A stretch of DNA of 64,000 bases from Paragordius varius. Its lineage: Eukaryota; Animalia; Nematomorpha. The stretch covers positions 13,020,001 to 13,084,000 of the forward strand of contig OZ176054.1 in assembly GCA_964247055.1 (NCBI GenBank), written 5' to 3'. The notes under the pieces are model-generated. The model was not told where the DNA came from, made no database searches, and saw only the letters and a program-made list of their open reading frames with translations. A program made the translations under genes and the position numbers. Numbering within the stretch: the first letter of the stretch is position 1; the number at the start of each line of letters is the position of its first letter. Below are positions 1-12,599 of this stretch, in pieces.

Positions 1-900
1 ATTCTTTATTTTGTCCTTCCATGTTATACCAAGTATCTTTCTCCAGCAAAACATTTCAAACGCGTTTATTCTTTTTTCGTCTTCACTTTTGATAGTCCAG
101 CTTTCACACCCGTATAACATGATAGGAAAGATTAATGCATTTACTAGTCGGATTTTTGTTTTAAGGGTTATGTCATGAGATTTCCATAACTTGTAGTGTG
201 AGGATAGAGCGCATTTGGCGATAGCTATGCGTCTTCTTATTTCTTGGGAACTGGAGCTTAAGTTGTTGATAATGCTTCCAAGGTATGTGTATTCGTTGAC
301 TACTTGAATTGTTTCGCCATTAATCCGAAGCGAGTCATAGGAATGAGGGGAGTTGATATGTAAAATTTAGTTTTGTTGAGGTTTAATGTAAGATTGTATT
401 TTTTGCACACATTTATAAAAGTTCGGAGACTGTTTTCGAGGTTTGTTTGTGAATTTGCTAAGATAACCGTGTCGTCTGCGTAGTGGAGAGTCGTCAGAGT
501 ATGACCCCCTACTTTTATTCCTGGCAGATTTAGATCCCTCATGATACATTCCAAATATATGTTGAACAACATGGGGGATAAAATGCAGCCTTGACGCAGA
601 CCTATGTTCATTGGGCTCCAAGAGGTTGGGCCATGCGGGGTGTTAAGTGATAGGTAGGAGTTGGAGTATATGGATTTAATTAGTTTTATTAAGTGATCGG
701 AAACTCCTATTTGTTTAAGGGCCTTCCAGAGAATGTCATGTTGAACGGTATCAAAGGCTTTAGAAAAATCCACGAAACATAGGTGTAGCTCATTTTGGAA
801 TTCACAGTTTTTTTCCATTATCCATCTAAGGTTTGAGATCATGTCTCGGCATCCTCTTTTTTCTCTAAAGCCTGCCTGTGTCATTGATATTTCCGGTTTG
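1..900 (-). mobile_element. 5'-truncated, frameshifted non-LTR retrotransposon (RTE-like LINE), reverse transcriptase region
   Basis: ORF 300..884 has the RT motifs QAGF, FVDFSKAFD, GLRQGCILSP and YADD. After a frameshift near 340-360 another frame continues to the window edge (INGETIQVVNEYTYLGSII...KIRLVNALIFPIMLYGCESW...INAFEMFCWRKILGITWKDK), typical of the post-RT region of RTE-clade LINEs. Array spacer sequence (aaatatggcacgtg) resumes at ~904. Confidence 0.88.
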
Positions 901-3305
901 ACAAATATGGCACGTGTGGGTCTTTTGATATAATTCTTTTTTTTACCTGTACATTTTTTTGATGAAACTTCTGGTATAAATATTATTGATTATCAATTTT
1001 AGAAGTCATTGAATTATCAATAAAAGTTATAAAATCAAATATATATCTATATATTGTTTAGCCTGTTTCAATACAAAGTCAGTTTATGTGGTATTAAAAT
1101 TATAATATAAATCTTTCAAAATCAAGAATTTTTTTTAAACAATAATTTTATTTATTTAATTACATCACAGAATAGAGGACATTAAATGGATCCATAATTC
1201 AATCATTAGAGTTTTGTGGCCTAAAACAAATGCATAAATTTGTCATGAAGGGTGATGTGTTTGATTTAGTTTTCGATTTTTTGACATTTTTATTGTTTTC
1301 GAATTGATGTTTGGAACCTTCTGGAGGAGTCTTGAACTTAACGCGTGATCCAATATTATCTTCTTGACTATAAAAAAGATTTAAAAAAGTTTCCTATAAA
1401 ATTAGAGATCGGTACCGTTAACTAATACACGGTTTTTGGATTTTCAAATAAGCTTTATTCTTTATTAAATATAAATTGTTTGGATTTTCAAATATACCTT
1501 TATTCTTTATATTATGTCACATAACATAGGGTATAAATTGTAATTATACGGAAAAAACGTAAAAAATATTTTTTTTACAAAAGACCGCTGTACTTTTTAA
1601 AACTTTATTTTCGACATAAATCATTGTTTGTATATTTGTGGTATGTAATAAAGATGTAAATTGGAAACAACAATCAATTAGGATTTTAAAATTTAATTAA
1701 AATAATTTATATAGGATAATTAGGGTTTACAAAAGTATGGTGTTTTCATAAAAAGACTCTCATTATATTACGTTTTGTTTGTATCATTTTTGGAGGTTAT
1801 TAGGCTCTATATAAATCTAATAAAAGAACTATTTTTGACAAAAAAAAACTATTACGAATCCCATAAACAATCCCACTTTCCAATCCCAGAATAAAAATCA
1901 ATTAATAGTATTAAAATTTTGAAATGACTTAATGAGTTTCAATAAGGAAATTTTATTTTCCTTAAAAACTTATAATCAACTAAATGCCATTTTACTAGTA
2001 TATCATTTAGATCAAATAAGGGATTGCGAAATTTATTGCTAAATTTTAACTTATTGTCCATTTAAAAAATAGAAATATGAATTCAAATCATTATAAGTTA
2101 TTCCTATGTATATTCTCATTTTTTCAATATTCACGTCCATTTTTATCAATTTCAATTAAAACTAATCCCCTTTACAAAATATTAGCATTTATAAATTCGT
2201 ACCTCACAAGTTCATCACTTTTCATTGGATGGTAGGAGGGAAATCCTGATTCCAGTCCCCCCAAACTCCGATCTAACATAACGTCTCTTGAAGTGAAATC
2301 TTCGAATCCGGATTCTTCTTTAGAGTGCATTTTCTGTTGCTGTTGTTGCCTTTTATTGGCAAAAAAATCCATGTAATTTTCGTCATGTCCAACCATATTG
2401 TTGTCTACATTATTCATGTTTTGCCCGATTAAATTTTTATTTGCAGGTGTTACTGGCCATGCTAAATCACTCGATGCCGATTGACCTATTCGTTTTTCAT
2501 CTAAACCCTGTTTTTGTTTTATAATTTTAAATGAAAATCTTACGAAAGGATATTTAAATCTTTCTATGCTTAATCCAATAATTACTCTTAATTAGATAAT
2601 CGGATATTAGGAAAGCAAATTGTTTAGATAGGTTGCCTACTAGTTAGAGATTGAAACCCTACTTAAAAATAGAGACCATTAAGTTGAGAGTTTTAATTAA
2701 AAAATAGAAAAACTATATTCAAAGGGCTTCGAACAGGAACTGCAAACCATTAATGGGTTCCTTAGTTTTCGGCAAAACCGGTTTTGCTGAGTTCAGGAAC
2801 CAACCCCGTTTTATTTTTAAATTCTAATTCCACTTTTTTAACTGGTTCTAGCCCTGGTAAAAGACTTTTTTCGCATACCACATTTTGCATATTTCACATC
2901 ATCGGCATAGTAATAAGCGGAAGAAGAAATGTTTGATGGTTTTGGTTCCATATTGGTTGTCGATATTTCTGGCGAGGGTGGCAATTTTTCTGTCCAATCA
3001 AACATGTAATCATATTCCCAACCATAGTTTTGCAATAATGTTTCAAATAACTGTTTGAGGTAGGCATAATCTGGCGTTTCAACAAAATCAAGGCCCCTGG
3101 CATAACGAACCAAAATTTTGAATTCTTCGGGCCAACCCGAACATAGAGTATCGGGATCAATATCTCGTTTCATTTCAGCAATCTTACGGTACTTTTGTTT
3201 GGAGGATTCGGTTTTGATTAACTTTAAGCCTGGACTTGTGGATATTGCATAAAAAAATATATATTAGATATATTAATACTTTTGAACTTTTTTGGATAAA
3301 TTTTA

Positions 3306-5515
3306 CACTAAAAATTGAAATTATACGGACAAAACCCAAAAATATAAAGACAAATATATTTTTTAAAAGACAGCCACTTTTTTTCTAATCTTGAATTTGT
3401 AAATTTTAAAAATTTTTAAAAATTGCAAAGGTGATATAGAAATATATATTGATAACACAATTAATTACAGTCATGTAGACTTTATATTATTAAAGATTTA
3501 CTTTTTTTCGTTAATTGGGTATTAATATTTGGTAAAGAATATAAAAACAAGAGCAATATGGTATTACCATATCATATTCTTTAAAAAAGTAAAAAATCAA
3601 GGGGAACGGCGTCGGAAATCTTTGGTAAAAAATGAAAATACATTAACTAATAACCCTTGTAATGTTAAATTTTGAGAATATTATAGCAATTTATGTTAAC
3701 ATTTGAAATATTGTTGTTACGTATGATGCGGAATTTTGTCGGTTTTTATCTTTAATAATTTAATAAATTGTAAAATGGGTATTTTATTATTTATGATTCA
3801 TAATTAGATTCAATAATTACTATTTTTCAACATGATAAATACCTGTATTAATCGATGTTGGTATTATTTTATATAGTTGTTATTAGTAATTAAAATACAG
3901 ATTATATATTTGTTAAAATTTATGAAGATTTAAATTTAATTTTTTTTGTTTTTTATTTAACATTGTTAATTGTAATTAATTACTACATATTGTGATTTTA
4001 ATAATTACAGGTGAAAATTGTGGTTTTTAATGAATTTAGTTAAATTGAATTTTTTTGTTTAGGATTTGCATTGTTAATTGTAATTAATTACTACATATTA
4101 GAAATTTAAAAAAACAGGTAAAAATGGCGGTTTCAAAATTTTTTTTTATTGTTAATTGTAATTAATTACATATGGACATTTTAATAATTACCGGTAAAAA
4201 TTGCAGTTTTTAATATATTTAATAAAAATTGAGTTTTTGTTTAGGATTTGCATTGTTAATTGTAATTAATTACTACATATTAGAAATTTAAAAAAACAGG
4301 TAAAAATGGCGGTTTCAAAATTTTTTTTTATTGTTAATTGTAATTAATTACATATTGTGGACATTTTAATAATTACAGGTAAAAATTGCAGTTTTTAATA
4401 TATTTAATAAAAATTTAGTTTTTGTTTATGATTTGCATTGTTAGTTGTAATTAATTTATTTGGTCATTTTAATAAATACAGGTAAAAATTGCGGTTTTAA
4501 ATAAATTTTTATTTTTTTTTTATTTTGTATCAATGTTAATTGTAATTAATTACTCCATATTTTGGACATTTCAATAAATACAGGTGAAAATGGCAGTTTT
4601 TCAAATTTTACATTTTTTGCATCACTGTTATTTGTTATTAATTAATAAATATTTTGGACATTTAAAAAACAGGTGAAAATTGCGGTTTTTAATAAATTAG
4701 TGAAATTTTTTATGCTTTGTTCAACCTCGCTAATTTATTATGTGCTATATATTTTTGATACATTGATATATACAGGTAAAAATAACTATCATTTGAATAA
4801 ATTAGCAAGGTTGAACCAAACATTAAAAATTTATTAATTTTATGAAAAACCGCAATTTTTACCTGATTAAAATGTCAATACATAAAAATTGACAATGAAT
4901 AACATAAAAACAAAAACTTTCCAAAATCTACTTAAATTTTAGCAAATATATAACCTATATTTTAATTACTAATAACAACTATATATAATAATACCAATAT
5001 CGATTAATACAGGTATTTATCATGTTGAAAAATAGTAATTATTGAATTTAATTATGAATCATAAATAATAAAATACCCATTTTACAATTTATTAAATTAT
5101 TAAAGATAAAAACCCACAAAATTCCGCATCATACGTAACAACAATATTTCAAATGTTAACATAAATTGCTATAATATTCTCAAAATTTAACATTACAAGG
5201 GTTATTAGTTAATGTATTTTCATTTTTTACCAAAGATTTCCGACGCCCTTCCCCTTCATTTTTTACTTTTTTAAAGAATATGATATGGTAATACCATATT
5301 GCTCTTTATATTCTTTACCAAATATTAATACCCAATTAACGAAAAAAAGTAAATCTTTAATAATATAAAGTCTACATGACTGTACATTTTTTATATTTTG
5401 TATATAAATATTCTATAAAATTTATAGATTTGAAAAAAAAGAATAGTTGTCTTTTAAAAAAATATTTTTGCCTTTATATTTTTTCATTTTGTCCGTATAG
5501 TTTCAGTTTTTACTG
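3306..5515. mobile_element. Family-A MITE in CK1 intron 3, split by a nested foldback element
   Basis: Left end ta-cactaaaaattgaaattatacggacaaaa, right end ttttgtccgtatagtttcagtttttactg-ta. The same element is ~280 bp in the other units. Confidence 0.8.
3468..5382. mobile_element. Non-autonomous foldback-like DNA transposon (TA target duplication, ~450 bp TIRs)
   Basis: Ends are CAGTCATGTAGACTTTATATTATTAAAG...CTTTAATAATATAAAGTCTACATGACTG, flanked by TA on both sides. The arms match for ~450 bp. The interior is AT-rich subrepeats (e.g. ~180 bp tandem at 4055/4237) with no transposase. Unit 2 has the empty site (aattaatTAcattttt, ~19920). Confidence 0.9.
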
Positions 5516-5746
5516 TATATGTGAATAAATATTTACCTTGCCAAGGCAAGGAACCCTTTAGATATAGAAACATGTAGGCTAGCCCTTCAAGATCATCCCT
5601 TCGACTCTGTTCTATTCCAAAATGCGTGTTAACGGACATATATCGGGCAGTGCCAGTCAAGGGTTTCTGTTCACGGTACTTTATGTGTTTACCTGATATA
5701 TGATTAGAGCTGATAATAAAATTTAAATTTTTATTAGTAAAAAATT

Positions 5747-6008
5747 ACAGTAAAAATTGAAATTAAACAGATAAAAAGGTGAAAATATAAGGACAAATAT
5801 ATATTTTAAAAGACAGCTATACTTTTTTTACACCGTAATTTTTCTCACAGAAACCATTTTATAAATATAATAATATGTATCTAATTTACATCTCTTCAGA
5901 TATTGTAGTTTGAAACAATAAGTTATATTCGAAAAAATCAAGGGTTGAAAAAGCTTGGTTATTTTTTAAAATTACGTTTTGTCCGCATAACTTATTTCAT
6001 TTTTACTG
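5747..6008. mobile_element. Family-A MITE (CK1 intron 2)
   Basis: ta-cagtaaaaattgaaattaaacag ... ttttgtccgcataacttatttcatttttactg-ta. Confidence 0.8.
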
Positions 6009-7048
6009 TAAATTTTGTATATTAACTGCATACCATTTTTATCAATATATTCTTTGGCTAATCCAAAATCAACGACCCATATAATTCCTTCAGTACCGTT
6101 AGCCCGCTTTCCGATCAAAAAATTTTCGGGTTTTACATCCCGATAAACTAACCCATAGTAATGTATAAATTCGATTCGATTCAATTGTATAGCAATCATA
6201 ATCACTGTTTTAAGACTAAACTGTTTATTACAGTACAGAAAAAGGTCTTGCAGACTGGGTCCTAACAAGTCCATCACCATAACGCGATAGGACCCACAGT
6301 GACCAAAATAATATACGCGGGGTATATCTTCGGCATATATCCCATACCTAAAATTAGAAATTGTTGAGGACGACAAAAAAACAATCGTCTACATTACAGT
6401 AAAATTTTTAATAAAATCGACAATTATTTTAAAAAAAACTACCAACCGCCATACTTTTCCTTAGTTTTTATAAATACTTATAGTTTTGGGCCGTGAAATT
6501 TGGAATAGAAATGTAAATTAGTGACACTCTCAATTATACATGAAATTTTTAACAATTAGGCTGTCCAAAAAATACTAACGGTTAAAAACATATGCCTGTC
6601 TTTAAAAAAAATATTTTTGACACTTTTTATTTTTTACTGTGAATAGAAATCCAAAATTTTCAATTCTTACTGCAAGTTATTACGTAAGGTAATACCTTTC
6701 ATCCTGGTGCAGTCGACTATATAATTCATATTCCCGTTTTAGTTGAGGGATTTCAGCATTTCCCGCCTCAATTTTTATGGCAGCTAAAGTGTTTGTAGCT
6801 ATATGGATACAATATCGCAGTTCACCTAACGTACCCGAACCAATATGCTGAGCGATTTGATATAGCTTTGGGTTATTTTTTATGTTGGCGCCGTTTGATT
6901 TGGAAAAACGATCAACACCAACTATACGACCCTGTAATTTGTCTTTTCCGCCACCATGCTGCGTTTCGGAGGAATTGATATTAACGCTATTATTGGAATG
7001 CTTAACACCTATGTTATAATAAGGGTCTTCGGTTTTCCCGGGACTCAT

Positions 7049-9064
7049 GATTTGAAATATTAAATCAGATATCGATTACACATTAGGGTTCAAGTTTATG
7101 AATCTTGTTTGAAGATATTTCATTTTCTTAAACTGAAAGCGAGCCCGAAAAAAAGTTTTTCGCCAAATAAAAAGTAAATTAAAATATTACTAATAAAAAT
7201 CACACTAATATCAGATATAGTTAAAAAGAAATCATTTAACAATAATGCTATGCCGCGGTTTTAACAATCACGTAAATTTGATTTTGTGGCATATTTTTAT
7301 TATGTACATTATTTTCTTATATTTATTTTGGATTTGATATTTTCACTTATTTTTATTAGCGTATCCTAATATTCATAATAATTGATCATATAGGTAGACC
7401 TTAACCTTCTTATGTATTTATTTATCAATAAATATAAATAGTTACTTTTTCATTTGTGTAATGTATCAAAAAAATAAGTATATTTAAAACAATATATTTT
7501 GGGTAATTGGTATTCTTTTGAGAATTATGGTTAGCTCTAAAGGTAAATCCAAAAAACTAATTCTTATATCATAAATCGCTCATAATCCGGCTTTATATAT
7601 ATAAAGGATTTATATGATATGATAATGTATCATGATTATGGCGTTTTTAGTTTGGTTACGAGTTATTTACGAGAGTGTATGATTTTTTTCATAGCCAATG
7701 TCAAAAAATCGAAAATTTTACACAAATTATGTTATCCACTTATTGGAAAGGAAGAAGGAAAAATTGGAGGTTCTACAAACTCAAAAGAGCTATGATGGCC
7801 TGGTATAAGTTTTGTTGTATAATTAAGTAATTTTTTATATTACTTTGCCGTGAAAATAATTTAGCAATAAATCAGCTTATAAATTTTGTTAATTAAACTC
7901 GGCATATATGGGTAACATGTGAGGGAACTTTACATCATATACATTTTTTTCATACACTTTAACATCGCTATTGTATATTCGTTTCTATTCTTTAAAAAAA
8001 TAATAAATAATCCTTTTACAATGTGAGTAAGAACAACGAAAAAAGTGATACTTGCCTAACATTTTTATTTCGTGCCTCAAAATGCGAAACATGAAATGAG
8101 GTTAAAAAAGAGAGGTGTGGTTTCAAAAAAAAATTTTTTAACCTAATTTGATTACTAATGTTAATAGGTGATGAATTATGGAATAAATTTCCGTATAATT
8201 ATTTTATCACGTACATTACATAATGGTTAAACACTAGGAGTTGAATCGAGCATCATAGCGCAAACGGTAAAATATCAAATTAAAATTCCAAAAAGAAAAA
8301 TTAAATATATTATATTAATATCCCTACTTGGAACTATCCTACATGAGAAAGGTGGAAATTTTTAACAATATAAAAGGTGTGGATAAATTAAGTTATTAAA
8401 TAAGAAAATTTCAAAGGATTCGGACATAATAGTTTTCGATTAATTGTTCATCGCCCAATTTAATAGGGCTAAATTTTTCCAAGGCAGTCCCTATCTAAAA
8501 GGTCAAATTATTAGAAAATCATCATATTTATAAGCGATCTACATTTACACAACTCTCAATCATAAAACTTAAAAAGTCCAATTTAATTTGGACAATTAGT
8601 ACTTAAACCGAGGCCTGTGAGCGGCATACGGCCCTAAAAGTGCTTTTTTATGGCCTCAATTAATTTTTTTCGCATATATAAATGTCTACAAATATGTCAA
8701 GCAGCTATATTTATCGGTATAATTGTACAGTACGCGGCCTTTGACACAAGATAAAGATTTTTCTCGGCCCTCTATTTTTTGGTCATTTCACTGATTTAGA
8801 AGTTATCCTATGAAATATTGTTTTGTATTAATTTTACACAAAAACAAAAATCATCAATCATTATTAATATATCCGACTTAATATATCAATTATATTAGGT
8901 AAACTATCTAAACAAGGGATTACATTATTCATTTTTCTATATGGTTAACTTATACTAACTATGACCTTTAACATATTATCCATATGGCAAGTTATTTAAA
9001 ATAAATTAATAGTCTATTAAAACTTAAATAGTTAAAACTTTTCTTTACAATTTTTTATGTAAAA
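7049..9064. promoter_or_regulatory. Divergent (head-to-head) intergenic region of CK1 gamma and urocanase; putative bidirectional promoter
   Basis: The two start codons point away from each other ~2.0 kb apart, and this arrangement is kept in all four units. No specific element was identified. Confidence 0.45.
8595..8795. mobile_element. Degenerate hAT/Charlie-like MITE remnant
   Basis: GC-rich island aaaccgaggcctgtgagcggcatacggccc ... cggccctc resembles the ggcccg/ggccgcatgcggccc subterminal motifs of Charlie-type hAT elements. It is present in all units (partly deleted in unit 2). TIRs are not cleanly resolved. Confidence 0.4.
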
Positions 9065-10354
9065 ATGGCTGAATACTTAAAATTTATTAGTGCCGGGATT
9101 CCATTATATCCTCTTCCCCCTCCATATAATGAAAAATCCATATCAGCTGATATTCTCCGAGCCCCATTTCGAAACAACGGACTAACAAAACGAGAAAAAA
9201 CGGTTCGAATTTTATTTTAGGCTAACTTTTACAAATTGGAGAATTTGATTTAAATATTTTTGGTTTCAAAAATTTGTATCATTATTAAGTAAATTTAATT
9301 ATTTGATTGAAATCGTGATGGATTATTTTAACGAAACCAATACGACATAAGCATTTATTCCAGATGCCAACATCTCTAAAGAATATATATAAAATTTGAA
9401 AATATTTGTGATTTTTAAAATTTTGTCCGAATTTATATTTGGTAAAATATTCCTCTTAATTTTTGCCTTTAATATTTTTATTTAATGAAAACAATATTAT
9501 ATTGCATAAATCTGCGACTAGAATTTTTAATTCCGATTCCAGAGAATATTTAAATGCCAGACATTGGTGTGTTGTCAAATGATTGTGGGTCATTTTCTAT
9601 TTTACAATAAAACAAATGAAATTAATACAATGAGTTAGCGCCATATAATTTCATGAATATTTTTTGTAATGGATAAGGTGTAAACTTACTAATTACTAAC
9701 AATAGGGCGTAGAGATACTATTTTTTTAAATAAGCTTCTGTTTGTTTGATGGTCCGCATTACGGGCACATACTCAAAAGCTTTAAATTTTTATATGTCTT
9801 TGTTTTAATAAATATTGTGGCCACATAAAAGTTTGGTTTTACTGACCCTTGATTCGGTTATTGTGACTTATTTACTACACCTCAATAATAATTAAGTATT
9901 TATATACACAAAATATCAGATATACCCGATTCAAGATTAAAATTAAATAATTTGCACCAACGATCCTTAAATGCTGTTTGTACATATTTTTTAATGGGTA
10001 AACTTAAGAATAGATTTTATGATTTATAAAATCAATTCGGCCTTGAATATAGACCGCCAAAGGCATTTCTTTTTCCCCTTATCATTTATTTTTCAAAACT
10101 GATAATATAATTGTATTTTTACATATAGTTGGCAGTTAAAAATGTTCTACGATATTTTCCCGTTTCTTTCCATGAGACGCTTGCCCCAGAATTTATGGAA
10201 GAACTTGAAAACAGAGGCCATATATACGCTTATCGATTTAAACCTCAGATTAGTATAAAGTTTCATATATAAATTCCTATCTTTAAAAAATTTAGATTTT
10301 ATTATCTAATAATTCAATTTTCTTAATATCGCTTAGTAAAAAATTCAAAAATTA

Positions 10355-10642
10355 CAGTAAAAATTGAAACTATACGGACAAAACGTAAAAATATAAAGAC
10401 ATTTTTCTAAAAGTACTTTTTAAAACCTTAATGTTTCCCATATAAGCTACTTAGTTACAATTGTAAAATATAAAATTGATTGTGTTTGTATTATATATCT
10501 CTATTTCACACTTTGCCATATTAAACAATGAGTTATATTGAAATAAATCAAGATTTAAAAAGTATGGTTGTCTTTTGTGGAAAAAAATATTTGTCTTTAT
10601 ATTTTTACGTTTTGTCCTTCCGTATAATTACAATTTTTACTG
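10355..10642. mobile_element. Family-A MITE (urocanase intron 2)
   Basis: ta-cagtaaaaattgaaactatacggacaaaacg ... cgtataattacaatttttactg-ta. Shared by all four units. Confidence 0.85.
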
Positions 10643-11093
10643 TATTTGTAGTCCTTTAATTTATATATATATATATATATATATATGATAGAGCATATCC
10701 CATTCAAGAATACCCAGGAAAATTGTTGGAATGCAAAGCTATAATGGCAATGATAATGAACAATTTGGATCCTGATGTAGCTCAGTTCCCTGAAGAGTTA
10801 GTCACCTATGGGTCCAATGGTCAAGTTTTCAGTAATTGGATTCAAGTATTTGAACAGTTTCTGAAAATATTTTTCAACTATTTTCTACCGCATTTTGCAA
10901 TTTTAAGCACCATTTTTATCAAATACACTGTGTATTCTACTAATTCTAAATTAAAAAAAAGCAATTTTTTGTTGGTTATAATGTAGGCATCTTATGTATT
11001 GTTTTTCTCAATTATTTTAAACCATAATTTATATGTTAAAAAGGTGAATTATTTTCAAACTAATTTAAACTATCAATAAATTTTTTTCGATTA

Positions 11094-12223
11094 CACTGCT
11101 CAACAAGGTTTTGCACCACCCCATTATTTTTGCATTTTCTGATACCTAATGGCATGGAAAGGCCAAAACAAAAAAGAAAATTGAGGCCACCAATAGGATT
11201 TTTCCAAAATTTAATTTTTAAATTTGTATTTAATTTAAAAATAACAATCATTCCTCGTGTACATATGTTTAAATATTCAAACAAGCAAGTCGATACAAGT
11301 AATTTTTCATGCATGGATAACAAATTCTAGGCATCAAATAAGATACTAAACAAGCTAAGAGCCAAAGTATTAAAAATCTAAAAGGGGCTTATTTATAGTG
11401 TGATAGATCCGGGCGGCTGCAAAAGCTCTGCATGTCCTCCAAGCGATCCAATTATGCCAGATATGGCAAACATAACAATAAGTAATCGTAAAGTCCGATA
11501 AGAGAGACTTGCAAGCAAAATCCAGGCAAATTGACATGTCAAATTAACCAATTCACAAAGTTAGATAAATTCTACATTTAAATTGAATAAAAAGATTAGT
11601 TAATACAAATGGTCCAATCCCATAATAGTAAATTCTACTAAAAGTGGCTACACAACATCCATCTGAAAATAAAAATATAAAACAACCAATAATTTTAAAA
11701 AATAAAGTATATCCACTAGGTATAAATAAAGGATTTTTTGTAAGAACCAACTCAAGAAAAAAAGCCTAATAAGTACTCGAAAGAACGAAAACTAACAAAA
11801 AATATAGCCTATCTGAAAGCCGAAGGTTTAAACCATAGAATGCCTTTTTTAGTATTTTTTTAAAATTTTTTATACGTATTAAAAATTCACTTGAAAGAAA
11901 AAGACTAAATTTTGACGTTTAAGTCCGTACTATTTTTTTCTCTCTGATATTTAAATGACATATTTATATTCTAAAGATAGATTTTAAAACGCTTTATTAA
12001 ATGATATTAAGTTTATAATATAATAACATTTTATTATAAAGTTATATTTAATTTTCTCTCGATTTTCTCTTGTTTTTGAAAATTTGAAAAACCTATAATA
12101 TTTCAAAATTCTGATTGGCGGGATCAAAAATTTTTTCACATTCGGTTTTAAAACACTGAAATTAGTCATAATTTAAAAGTTTGAGTGGTAGTGCTCAAAA
12201 ATGTCCAAATTTGTCGACTAGTG
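11094..12223. mobile_element. Unit-1-specific Tc1-like non-autonomous insertion
   Basis: Starts ta-CACTGCTCAACAAGGTTTTGCACC and ends TCCAAATTTGTCGACTAGTG-tta (imperfect Tc1-style termini). Unit 4 has the uninterrupted site (gatTAtccatacac, ~52435). Confidence 0.6.
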
Positions 12224-12270
12224 TTATCCATACACTATGAAAATCCGTAAATTATATACAGATGATATTA

Positions 12271-12555
12271 CAGTAAAAATTGAAATTATGCGGACAAAAT
12301 TTAAAACATAAAGACAAATTTTTTCAAAAGACAACTATACTTTAAATCATAATATATCCTATAAAAAAATTTGATTACAATCGTAAAATACATAATTGAT
12401 TGTGTTACCAATTGACATTTCTATATGATACTTTGTAGTTTAAAACAATGAGTTACATTTAAAAAAATCAAGATTAAAAAAGTATAGTTGTCTTTTTGAA
12501 AAAAAATATTTGTCTTTATATTTTCAAGTTTTGTCCATAGTATAAATTCCATTTT

Positions 12556-12560
<5 letters not shown>
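12271..12560. mobile_element. Family-A MITE (urocanase intron 3) ending in a (TA)n tract
   Basis: ta-cagtaaaaattgaaattatgcggacaaaa ... ttttgtccatagtataaattccatttttacta. Confidence 0.75.

Positions 12561-12598
<38 letters not shown>
12559..12598. repeat. (TA)n microsatellite
   Basis: About 20 TA units. Similar tracts lie at ~10661-10686, 35386-35410, 48826-48853, 60570-60592 and 61317-61332. Confidence 0.95.

Positions 12599-12599
<1 letters not shown>

Larger units (their letters stand above)
1199..7048 (-). pseudogene. CSNK1G: Casein kinase I gamma (gilgamesh-like), copy 1; C-terminally frameshifted
   Basis: Exons 7048-6696, 6347-6034, 5692-5537, 3229-2879, 2507-2203 and 1367-1199. A 5-nt deletion at the end of exon 4 (351 vs 356 nt) shifts the frame before exons 5-6. 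There are also two single-codon deletions in the kinase domain ([14 protein letters not shown]) and GTLGE in place of GTFGE. Confidence 0.8.

Noticed and set aside
2330-2350. PolyQ tract in the CK1 tail (Q4-Q5 among copies)
   Set aside because: It is short with trivial length variation, and there is no sign of expansion.
3306-12560. MITEs as intron-generating (Introner) elements
   Set aside because: Splice sites lie tens of bases outside the TIRs, and the unit-1 empty site of the unit-2 insertion is still an intron.
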